Notes under the pieces: generated by a model
Database searches by the model: none
What the model was told of the DNA's origin: nothing
What the model saw: only the letters and a program-made list of their open reading frames with translations
Origin: Antedon mediterranea
Lineage: Eukaryota > Animalia > Echinodermata
Length of the DNA: 64,000 bases
Direction of reading: 5' to 3'
NCBI RefSeq assembly: GCF_964355755.1
Contig: NC_092672.1
Coordinates: forward strand, 27,906,437 to 27,970,436
Program-made: the position numbers and the translations under genes
In this document: positions 1 through 12,500 of the stretch, piece by piece
Layout: each line of letters starts with the position of its first letter
How positions within the stretch are numbered: position 1 is the first letter of the stretch

Positions 1-475
1 ATTTATCAAAATTTACCTGGCATTTTAGTAAATTACTTTAGTAAATTACTTTCAATAAAAGTATAATTTTATATTATTAAATCATGAATCATTCCTGATT
101 CAAATGCAAAATGTGCAAAATAGATTAAAAACTATACTCGTTTTGTAGTTACGAATATAACTGGTGATATTCGTCAACACGAATACGCTTTACGAATATG
201 AAATGGGGATCAACTCAAAAGTTTCACAAATGTGTGACGTATCCGTTTTCGTTATCGTATTCGTAAGGTTGCAAAACCTCCCGATTCACTGCACATGCGC
301 ACAATAAAGAACTTGATATACTATTCTAAAAGAGTAGGGGTTTTGCCTACCGGCGCTGATCATGGTATACACTGGACTGTGGCTGCTGTGGGTCAGCAGA
401 GGGACTAGGTTGAATTTCCTCAACTAAGAGCAAATAATAATACATTTAAATTTAACAGAATTTGAGAATACTTAC

Positions 476-551
476 TACTCCTTGCCAAAGAATGACACCA
501 TTTGGAGTTAATGTTTTAAAAGATACTTTCAGCTGTTCTTGATCATTTATA
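476..551 (-). CDS. HSPG2: perlecan exon, LG3
   Basis: [25 protein letters not shown]; ctgtag acceptor, gtaagt donor. Confidence 0.88.
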
Positions 552-3500
552 CTACAGAAAAGAAATATAATAATTATTACATCGATTAAACAGTGTAGTA
601 TCGGAGGTGGCGTCAAAGAGCACATGTTCAAGTCCAACTTGTTGCATTTCTTGTGTACTTAAGCAAGGCACTTTACTTGCATTTTCCTCGCTCCACTCAG
701 GTGTACAAATTATTACCTGGTGACAACTGCGCTGATAACTAGCTCAATTATGGAAGTATATAGATCCAAAATGATAAAATAATAATGGAAATAATGTTTA
801 TAACAACGTTTTATTATATATAAAAATGACCTATTAACATTATTGCTAGTAATTTTTCTATAACAATATGAATTGGCTAAATATTGATAACCTACTTTCT
901 GGGTATCAAGTCACTTCTCAATGCTAAATATCCATCCCTTGTAACATCTATCGAATTGAAGAATGTGTTGGCTGAAAAAAAAGATTGTTTGCATAGCTGA
1001 TGGTACTTTAATTATATAGTTGAAATACATAGATACCCATGTTATGTGTATAATATGCACATGTCAATCCCCGATTTCAGAATTGTTATGAAGTGATTGG
1101 AAGTTGTAAACTTTACAAATTCCAAAAACTGTATAATTTCAGTAATCATTAACCTCCAACATTATCTCAGGTCATAATATGAGGGATTGGCGAGAACTTT
1201 AAAGCACAAGGATAGGTTTGTTTGATGTGTAGCATGTGTTTCATTGCAGCATGCGTCTCATTGTAGCACGCGTCACATTGCAGCACGCGTCACATTGCAG
1301 CAGGCGTCACATTGCACATGCGTCTCATTGCACCATGCGTCTCATTGCAGCATGCGTCTCATTGTAGCATGCGTCTCATTGTAGCATGCGTCTCATTGCA
1401 GCATGCGTCTCATTGCAGCATGCGTCTCATTGCAGCATGCGTCTCATTGCAGCATGCGTCTCATTGCAGCATGCGTCTCATTGCAGCATGCGTCTCATTG
1501 CAGCATGCGTCTCATTGCAGCATGCGTCTCATTGCAGCATGCGTCTCATTGCAGCATGCGTCTCATTGCAGCATGCGTCTCATTGCAGCATGCGTCTCAT
1601 TGCAGCATGCGTCTCATTGCAGCATGCGTCTCATTGCAGCATGCGTCTCATTGCAGCATGCGTCTCATTGCAGCATGCGTCTCATTGCAGCACGCGTCTC
1701 ATTGCAGCACGCGTCTCATTGCAGCACGCGTCTCATTGCAGCATGCGTCTCATTGCAGCATGCGTCACATTGCAGCATGTGTCAAATTGCAGCATGTGTC
1801 ACATTGTAGGATGTGTCTCATTGCAGCATGTGTCAAATTGCAGCATGTGTCACATTGTAGGATGTGTCTCATTGCAGCATGTGTCACATTGCAGCATGTG
1901 TCACATAGCAGCACATGCTCATTGTAGCATGTGTCACATTGCAGCACGTGTCTCATAGTAGCATGTGTCACATTGCAGCACGTGTCACATTGCAGCATGT
2001 GTCTCATTGCAGTATGTATTGCAGCATGTGTCATCATTGCAGCATGTGTCACATACTGTAGTAGCATGTGCCTCATTGTGGCACTTGTCTTATTGTAGCA
2101 CGTGTCATATTGTAGCATGTGTTCCATTGTAGCATGTTTCTCATTGTACACTGGTTTCATCAAGACAAGGAAGGTTAAGCAAGAAAGAAGATGGTCTATC
2201 AGCATATTAGGCTTGATGAAGTGTCATTGATTGTAACTCAAAATTGAAATATAATTACCAACAAACGTTCTGTTTACAGTTTGTTAACTGTCCGTCTTAT
2301 TGTCTACCATTCCTAAATTGAAAGCTAAATATACAAGCCCGGTACTTACCAAATTCACAGTTTGGTCCGGTATAATCCATACCACATAGACATTTGTATT
2401 CTTCTCCAAGTGGTACACACGATCCACCATTTTGACATGGACGGGTCTCGCATGGCCCTCGTAGTAGTTCACAGTCTTTACCTGTGAATATTTTTTAAAC
2501 AAATTAAGACGCAAATCATATTAATACAAGATTTTATAAGTGAGCTTAAATAAATAATAAAATGTTTCGTTATACTGTAGTTAAAAACTATGCTCAATCA
2601 TAGAAGTAATGTGTAAAATCTGGAGAAATACAAAAATGATCGTTGTTTATCAGGGAAATTCCCTGGATAAAAATAGTATCCTTCATTTTGGCTAAATTTG
2701 TGTGTTTGGAAATGTGTGAAAGCATTATCTTAGAAATGGTCACACCTTGAAAAAGATTCTTAAATGAAAAAAACAACAAAGTCAACCCAAAGTGGTATAA
2801 ACATATGCATCCATTATCATAAAATAGCAAACCCTTCTGACGAATATTAAAAAAAGATATCGGTATACATATTCATAAGGTCGTGAAACCTCCCCATTTG
2901 ATGAATATCTGGCCTAAATATCTTATTTAGGCCAGTTTCAAAAGGTATAACATGTACCTGTTTTTGTATGGTAGTGAAACCTCCCTACTTTGACAAATAT
3001 GAAAAAGGGATAAGCTCAGAAGTTTCAAATATTACTAACCTTGGTATCCTGACCCACATATACAATAGTAATCGTTCAATCCAGCAGGAGTACACACACC
3101 CTTATTTTGACATGGATTATTATGACATGGCTCCCTGGCACTGCAGTCACCAACGTTTGCGCTGTGTAAATGATCATTTACTTCCAAAACGTTGTCACTA
3201 ATTGAGATCTAAAAATGAAAAAGAACTTCTTAAGCTCTGTCTACACTATGAAACTTGATGTGAATAAAAAATGTGGTGTGCCCATATATGGACACGGGGA
3301 TGTCATATCACTACCATATTTGGGCACATCACACTTTTTGTCAAACTAATTAGATAGTGTAGACAGAGTTTTAGTGTCTGTTTTCTGCTGCATGGAGCGG
3401 AATAAACCGTTTATTTAAAAAACATATATTTTTAGGCTTATCACACTTCTTAATTTCTGCTCCAAATTAAGCCGTTTAAATGTGGTTTGTCGTTAAAAAT

Positions 3501-6500
3501 AACATTAACAGTGCTCAAATTGCAAGGCGATCTGGCGGTCAAATGTAAGCTGTCAATTAAATAGTCGTTATTTTGCATTGTATATAAGTTGCATAGGGAT
3601 AACCAGGTAAAAGGTGTTCTAACACAATTTTTCAAGATGCCATTTAACTGGTTTTTTAATGCTCCCTTCTATATGCCTAGGTCATCATCTGTATCTAATA
3701 TCAAATTTAATCTAGGCACTTAAAGTCCTTCCATTAAAAAAAAAATCAGAACCAATAAAGGCATAATCAAGACTTCTTGTTACCTCAGACAAACATCCTT
3801 TAAAACTGCTGGTCACTGACACCTCTGATGGGATCTGGCCAACCTGATCAACACCACCAATAAACAACTGAAGCGGAACATCAAGTCCACTGGATCCGAT
3901 TGGAGACTGACCCTTGATGGCTTCGCTGCCATCAATCTGAAGTGAACCATCACGGCGGTTACGTTCAGCGACAAAAGTATGCCATTGACCTGCATTGATC
4001 TCACTGGTGCCAGTTATTACTGCAGCCTCTATTTAATAGAATTACATTTTTAAATATAAATTCAACTAATAAATTCAAATAAACTACAACAAAGGAAATA
4101 TTTTTAAACAGTTTATACTCAAAGGCGGCGTTAAAAATAACATCAATAAAGAGTTTTGTCAACTCTTTCCAGTTCTTTATACAGCAATCAGTAGTGCCTA
4201 TCCAGTTATGATCGCCATTGTATTAGGTTTAATAACTTGGAATATTTGGATCTTTTAACACTAATTTTGTTTCCTTAAATGACAGGTCACATATATAAAT
4301 TTTCAAGGAAAAGGTTTTTCTCTTCAACTTTTTCCCTTTTTTCTAAAAAAATTCTCTTACTAGATCCACTATCATACTGGAAGACAATTTGACGATCTTT
4401 GATGTAAACTGCAATGTAGTCTCCTGCGCCATCTTGCATTTGTCCATTAAACAACAAGATACCATCCTCATCAGTATCAGGTTTAAAGGTCATACGAATA
4501 CGAAGTGCAATACGGCTGACTGGACGTAATGAAGGATAGGCTAGGTATGAACCTTCAGAGAATGATGGCGTGCTGATGTCAACCTCTATATCAAGAAAAA
4601 TGTTTTAAAAATTGTCATTAACTATTACCAATTGTAAGCTACAGAGTCAATAATGTAGAAACAAACACCGATTCCAACCAGAGTAGAAAAAGAAGGACTA
4701 CAGACAGTAGCCCAAACATCATGGTTAACAGGGGAAAATTTTGTTACAAAAAAGACAAGTCTTGATTTTTATGTACATTATATAACATTGTTTGATGAAG
4801 AAGCTTTTAAGAATGGAGGAATGGATTTTGCATATTTTAAATTTTTGGAAAGAATATAATATTGAAAATGACAATCTCAATGTTATTATGAGCTATTTTT
4901 TGCAGATTACTGTATAATATGTTCTATCGAGCTAGAAGCTTCACTGCATGGATTATTGATAGGCCTAGTTATATGTTGATTATAAAGTTGTATAATCACT
5001 ACAAACAAAATCTAAGAATACAAAGAAAGCAACAATATATTTTACAGACAAAATTCTGTAATTTGTGTATTAAACAAACATGTCCTGTAGGTACAGGTTG
5101 ACCTTTCGCACTTGAATATAATAAAATGGTATCATAGATAGCAAGCTTTTCAATTGTCTAGGTTCTACAGACTTAGTTAACATACTAATAATTAAACATC
5201 AGCAAAATACAAAGTTGGCCTGTACATGGTGGTGTTGGGGTGGGGCTGGCTACTGTGGTAGCCTATAGACACTTTGATGTGGAAAAGTACAAATAACCTC
5301 AGTTCTGAGGTTATATAAACTTTCATGCACATCAATTTTAAACTTTAGATTGTAGCAGGGTCGATACTCATTATTGTACAGGCCTACAAAGCAAGCTGGT
5401 AACTCTACAACATTCGCAGTTTTGTAAATTAGAAATCTTAAAAATCATTCTGAACTAATTCAATACAATGCTATTCTACTTCATCACGGCATTAACTTAA
5501 TATATCTTTATTGGTAGAAAGGTGTTAATATTAGTATTGTTATGTTTTTCATAGTCTAAAACATGCAAAATAATACTAAACACAAACCACATAAACATGG
5601 ACGTAACTCTGAAACAAAAACAATGCATTGAAACAGTAAACAGGAGAAATATCCAATTCCACTGTGATTCCAAATTTTAAAAAAAAATTAAATATTGTAA
5701 GACTTTATAAATAAAAACCATAGAGGTTACTTTATAAAAATAAATTTGGAAATCAACACCCAGCGCTGCAACATTAGCACATTTCTTGCTTTTATTTCAC
5801 TTTTCAGATATCAATCAAACCTAGGTAAGCAGAGACTAAATGGTATTAATTACTGGGTTTTTTGTAGGCATTCAAAACAATTGGGAAAAATTGCACCTTC
5901 GGCGGGAGATGGGAAATACCAAGAAACTTCTGGTTAAAAATATAAGGAGGCCTGCAATCAAGTAGTGCATATGTAAATATATTGAAAGTTATCAATGCAA
6001 ATGAGGTCATACCCCAACATGTTTTCGGAAATGATTGCTTTAAAAAATAGTTTTGGTGTGTTATTCCTTCTTCGGTATACATTTTAGAGGCATACAGAAA
6101 CTCTAAACCAGCAGACAACACACAGCACCATGCATCACGTCACATTTCACCCAGGATTTCACAATATTTAGCTAGTTGCACATACAAAAGATTTTAGGAA
6201 GCTCTAAAGATATTCAGAAATTGCATTGAAATTTTGTTTGGTAAAGTGATGATTCAGCCGAATTCAGCGCAGTCCGGGCTTCCCCTTCATGACGTGCACT
6301 ACACTGTGTCAAATCACAATTCACGCAGGATTTTACATCGACGTTGAAACATTGCTGTATGTTCTTAATTTTTCCAAAAATGATTTGCGGCCCAAAGGTT
6401 GGAATAGCTGGTAGCTATAAAATTGATTTATTCATAAATGGCAAAGATGATGAAATGAGAAAAATCCAAGATACAAACCAGCAGGAATCTGTTTGATTTT

Positions 6501-9500
6501 TTACGGTTGAAAATTAAGATGGAGGCAATGATGATGAATGACTGCTATGATGTTTACATAAAATATGACAACTGTAAAATTAGGACAGTTCTTATGAAAA
6601 ATGTAAATAACGTACATACTTAATGACATGCAAATTACATGCAATTTTAATAAAGTTAATACACTGAAACAAAATAATGCACTAAATTATCAAACAATGT
6701 TTTGTGAGGTTTTGTTTCAGATTTTGTACTAGCAGACTTCTATGGGATGCAAATTGATGGTGATTAAAGAAAAAAAGCGTACATCTAAAACTGTACAACC
6801 TTTCACAAAAAATATTTGATGAATTGTTATAAGTGCCGTAAAAATATGAATTGTGGGCCTAAAGAAACAGAGTTTAGTGTTCAAATTTTCTTAAAACTTT
6901 TAAAGAAATAGCAGTAATGATTCTGTAATTTTCATCCACAATTCCATAAAAATCGGTAAGCATTTTTCTTGGAAAATTGTTGTTACACAAAAACAATTTC
7001 AACTAAATGAACAAGTTTAATATAATTTTTTAAGTTTTCATGTAATTTCTGTAGGAGCATAATTATAACAATTCAATACAAGTATGCAATTGTATAAAGA
7101 TTTCATCCACCTGTGGCAGGTGTTTATTACAATTGTGTATGCAAATAAGCTAGCCTTGGGAGGGATTCTTTGATAAGCCAAACACTGCAGCCAATTGCAT
7201 TGAAAATTTCATTATACCCTGATCGCCTTGAAGCGAGTAATAATCATAATCTCCGCTCCCACTTCCACTTGGAGTAAGCTCCCCAGATTCTAACGCCATA
7301 TCACCACCATTCGGTATTATGGTCACTTGCTTGAAAACCCTGGTATCTACCAGTTCATCGGTACTTTCGGTAACGAGTGGAGTAACAAGTGACAGTACCA
7401 AATCAGTTACATATGATGATGTAACGGTATCAGCATGAGAAAATCCATCAAGTGTATCGTCAGTTGCGAAAAGTATACCATCATCTTCATGACTGAACGT
7501 TGGCGTTATATAACTACTCGGATTTCCTGAACCCTCTGTACCTTCTGTCCCAGACGAATCTTAATTTACAAATTTGTACAAATAACGCAACAAACACAGA
7601 AATGGAAATAAATAAAAATAAATATGATAAACAGAAAGAACAAAACACTTACATTTTTACTATTTGTCAGCAATTAAGAAAAAAATAAATAATGAAATTG
7701 ATTACACTGGATTACAGTAGGATGAAAAATGAAATGGATTTAACTTTTTAACATGCACTTATAAATGTAATATTAAAAATTACATGAATGAAACTCGATG
7801 AGATGATGTTAAGTTTATAAAATAAAAATTACAATTTACAAATAAAATATAAATTATATGAGTAAAATGTTATAATAATTGTGTGTGGTGTAAATCGGTG
7901 GAAAAAAAATTATATTTGAAGCTTATTCAAAATCCATGGGGCATATGTCCAGAACATTAAATGTCACTATATTCCTGGATATTCAGCTCTATGAGCTTCT
8001 TGAATATTAATAGTTTGAAAGTCTTGTTTGTACTAGACTTAAAAAATGATAATTTAATGATGCTACTTTTGAGTATCTGGATTATTCATTAGAGTTGCAG
8101 TAGTTTTACCAAGAACATTGGCAATTTAACTTGGCAGTGGTGACCATTGTTTTAACCATTGGGGTTGGTTAATTTAACCCCGGGAGAATTGTAGTCGGCA
8201 ATCATATTTTACTTTTTTAATGTAGTCAATTGATTCAGACACCAAAGTCCAGTATTATCAAGACTTTAAACCTTATAAAATATAAATAGTACATTACTTT
8301 TGTTTCGGAACCATCATGGAACATTTCTCAAGACAATTTTGTCATTAAATCTTAAATTTATACATAAAAAAACGTCTCTTAATTCAGTACTTATCTGGTC
8401 ACAGAATGTTATTTAATTATAATGTACCACCTGTACTGTCTTACCTGTTTCACACCTATCACCGGTCCAGCCCAGAGGGCATCTACAGGTGAACCCAAAC
8501 ACACCATCTTGTGCAACACACTCTCCAACACCACATGCTCCTAAAATGAAATAAACCAAAATATATAATGGTCAACAAATGGCATATCGCAAATCACTGT
8601 TAGATAATTATATGGTTTTGAGTCACCCTCATTAAATAAAGTTTAAAGAACCCCTGTAAAAATCCTGGCTACGGGCTATGGTCCAATATCATGTTGTGCA
8701 CATTAATCTTTTTATGGTTTATATCACATACCCGCAAAGCATTGTTCTGCTTGTAGTTCACAGTTATCTCCCACAAATCCTGGATTACAAGAGCATTGAT
8801 ATCCGACCTCAGTTCCAGACTCTGAGCAAACTCCACCATTCAAACAAGGATTGTCTTCACAAACCTGGCAGCTGGTGACACCAACTTGTGACAGAGCATC
8901 ACCACCAAGGTCAACCTTCTCTCCTTCAATTACAAGTTGGCTAACACATCCTGAAAAACATGTTATTTTTTAATTACTAAAAACTTATTCTATCTACAGT
9001 ATGGGCAGAATTCATGTGGCCTAATGGGATGGCTTTTGTCCACAAACTTGATTTTAAATGTGCCTCAAAGGGCTAGAGCTTAATATTCATAATACTGAAT
9101 TAAATTCATCGGCCGGAGCTTAATCTACTCCGACTGAATGATCCACATGTGATTATAATGAAGAGCATTGTTTTCTTTAGGTCCTACCACTATACTAAAT
9201 ATACTGAACATTGTTGGACCAATTTCTTTACTATATCTTTATCCCACCTCCTAAGATTTGGTTGTTTATGCCATATTCTGTAGCAGGAAGTCCAGGATAG
9301 AATGCTATACTTTTATACAGTATATCTAGATACAGACCTGCACATAGCGGCACTAGCCTCTTGATAGAGAGTTTCACTTAAAAGCCGACTACAGTACACT
9401 GCTGTTTTGAATCTTACCAATAAAGCCTGTTCCAAGTCCAGTATTACGGGCAATTTCTCCAAAGTTGGGTACACCACCAAGATACAGCTTCAGCTGTAGA

Positions 9501-12500
9501 TCCATTCCCAGGAATTGACCACCAGATTCTCCAGAAACTTCCCTCTGACCGTGAACCAACATTTGACCTGTTCTTGATTGTCGCTTCAATGTAACGGTAT
9601 GCCATTGACCCAACTGCAAAGATTCCTCACTGCGTATGATTGCGACACCACCACCCAGTTCGAACCTGAACTCCGCGTAACCATTGTTCAATCCAAATGA
9701 AAAGAAGTCTCCATTACCATCGGTTTTCTGTCCATTGTACAAAAGGAGTCCTAAAGAAAGAGAAAGTAATCAGTATAGTGTGGACTTGAGTAATCAAGAA
9801 GTTAAGGTATGGGTGCTGCAAACATTGTATTAGCCTTAAAATCGGCTCAATCCTTTCTTTGACCATACAGTAGCTAGAGGTACAACAAGACTCAAGAACA
9901 TAAAATTGGAGGTCCAGTGTACACATGTAGACAGCTAGTGAGTATGGGGTTGCCCCGGTATTCTAGTCTTTCTCAGTATCTGTTTTGGACAGAAAAATTA
10001 GAGTTTTGTTGGCAGTAGGACACAGAGTTCTTGCCTGTGTAACCTCGAGTGTCAATGTGCTTTGTGAAGGTTGTCACGGTGGAAAGCACATTTTAAATAT
10101 GAACCCATATATACAGTATATATATTATCCATTAGTAAACATCAGAATGTATACTTAATGCTAGTTTAATACTGTAAATTTCAGATATCTTCAGAACAGA
10201 ACAGCATTCACCATAATCAGGAAATTCTAACAAGAATGACGCATCTCGTTGTTCAAGGGCAGGGCCGTAGCCACCAGTACTTTTTGTAAATTTTCAACTT
10301 GGCAGAGGCCTTTAACCCAGTGACAAGAACATAGATTGTCCCTTTTTCCTCACAACTTTATTTCACTGAAAGGTACTAAAAAAGTAGAATTGTCTGGCCT
10401 CAAACTTCTGCTTTCTAGATAGTGACATGATTACCTATTTTACCATAAACAACACCTACCTTCAGTGCTTTCAGGCTTGAATGATAAATCAATTTCAAAC
10501 TCTTTGTAAGCGTCTGATAGTTTAGGATACTGAATAAAGGACAGTGGCATCTGCTGGAAGTATGGTACAAATCCTACAATAAATAATAAGAATATTTTAC
10601 TAAGAATATTTTACAAAATCTATAATGGCAAGTTTTAGCAGCATTTATACTTAGGGATTGAGTGCAACAGTGGATACAATGACATAATTACGTTATTCAA
10701 AGGAAGATCTACAATACGACTTTCCTGTTACAACTTTTCTATTTTACCTTGGGTGGTTGTTGTCACCAGTACGCCAACCGAGAAATATATATATGTATAT
10801 ACACAATACCGACAAAATAGGGAGCCTTCAATTTGTGACAACTTAGGACCTAAAAACTAGTTATGTCATGTTGTGCGCATATTGGGATGGCCTTCCTTAC
10901 TAGATTCCAAGACACAGTTTTTGTTGATTCTTGCTCCAGACAACAACTAATAAAACAATATTCCTAAGTCATAGCAAATTAAAAGCTCTTTTATATAAAA
11001 CTGTGACAATAATATCGTAGTTATTCAAATAAATGCTCAAGGAACTATTAGAGTACTTTATTAAAATACTAATTTGAATACTCACCGCCAACATACAGTG
11101 CTGCTGTATACTCAACCGATCCTTGGGTATTATTAGCTACGCATATATAGGTGCCAGCATCTTCTTTAACGACCTGGTTGATGGTCATAACTCCTCTATT
11201 GATGACCCGATTGGCAGGTAGATCTCCCTCTAGCTTCCTCCAGGAGATCCTTGGTGAGGGGTAACCAGTAGCAAGACATGTGAAGACCACAACAGAACCA
11301 ACAGAAACTGTTCTGGTGGATGGTTGGATTACAGCCTGAGGAGCAGCTGATTAAAAAAAAGATTTTATAATTTTTTAAACATAGGTTAGTTAAAACTTAG
11401 GTAGGTTAAAAACTTGATGGTTTGTAGTTGTTTAAAGAATAGGAAAGAGGTCAATATTCCCATTCCCACCCACCAAAACAAGCCTACCTTGGACATAGAG
11501 GATAACTTGAGAGTCAACTGAAGACACAACATTAGTAGCAATGCATTTATAAGTTCCAGCATCTGCAAGCTGTACAATTGGAATGGTTAGCATTCCTTCC
11601 TCAATCTGGGCGCTGAAGGGGATTTCAGCATCAACACGTGTCCACCGAATTGTAGGAGTGGGGTCACCGGATGCCTTGCATTCAAAGGTCACGGATTCAC
11701 CGATGGCAACAAACTGAACTGCTGTGTGAACGGTGATCTCAACAGCAGGGGGAGCTGAAAAATAGAATAGCATATTTACAGTAATGTTTTCATTTGTTTA
11801 ATCAGACAGGAACAAACATCTATGTACACAGTTGAATTTCAAGATATTTACGTCTATGGTTCCAATTCACATCACTTAAATAATATATGCTGATATAAGT
11901 AAATAATTGTCCAGATAAGAAACTTATATTTTCTAATGCTTTAGTAAAGACGTATTTGTATATATTAGACACTCTTTTGCTGGTCTAATTGATAATGTTG
12001 GACCTTGTGCACCTCAAGAAAAGTTTGTTTTGTGAGAGCTCCCTGTTTTCAGATAGTCAGTAAAGAAATGGGAGAATTGAATTTTAAATTTAAATATACA
12101 TTTGTATTTATTGGCTATAATATTTTGTTGAACAATCAAAATAAAGCAGTTTAGCGCTCTAATTTCCACATTACCTTGAAGGGTGAGTTTGCCAGAAGCT
12201 GTGGAACTTCCAGCTGAATTCTCAGCGCGGCAGATGTAAATACCCTCATCTTCAAAGGCCAGATTACTCAAACTTAAAAAAGAATATATCATGGATAAGA
12301 AAATCAGTCTATTAGATTTATAAAATAAGTTAGGAAATGAAAACATCGTGTATTGATGTGGTTATAAAAAAGTCATCCTTGGAGGAATTAAAACAAACTG
12401 GGTAAAACTTTTAACACCATTTTTGTGTTCAAAACAGTATTTTCATTTTGACTAAACAAATATTTTATGTAAAACTCACACTAAGTTATTGTTAACGTAA

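Noticed and set aside
1312-2205. Long Cys/His-rich ORFs (165-190 aa on the plus strand, 146 aa on the minus strand)
   Set aside because: Translations of the 17-bp minisatellite. The same peptide appears in all three plus frames and the region is intronic.
5226-5262. Mucin-like [12 protein letters not shown] microexon
   Set aside because: The peptide is in phase 0 while the intron is phase 1, and the length is not a multiple of 3.
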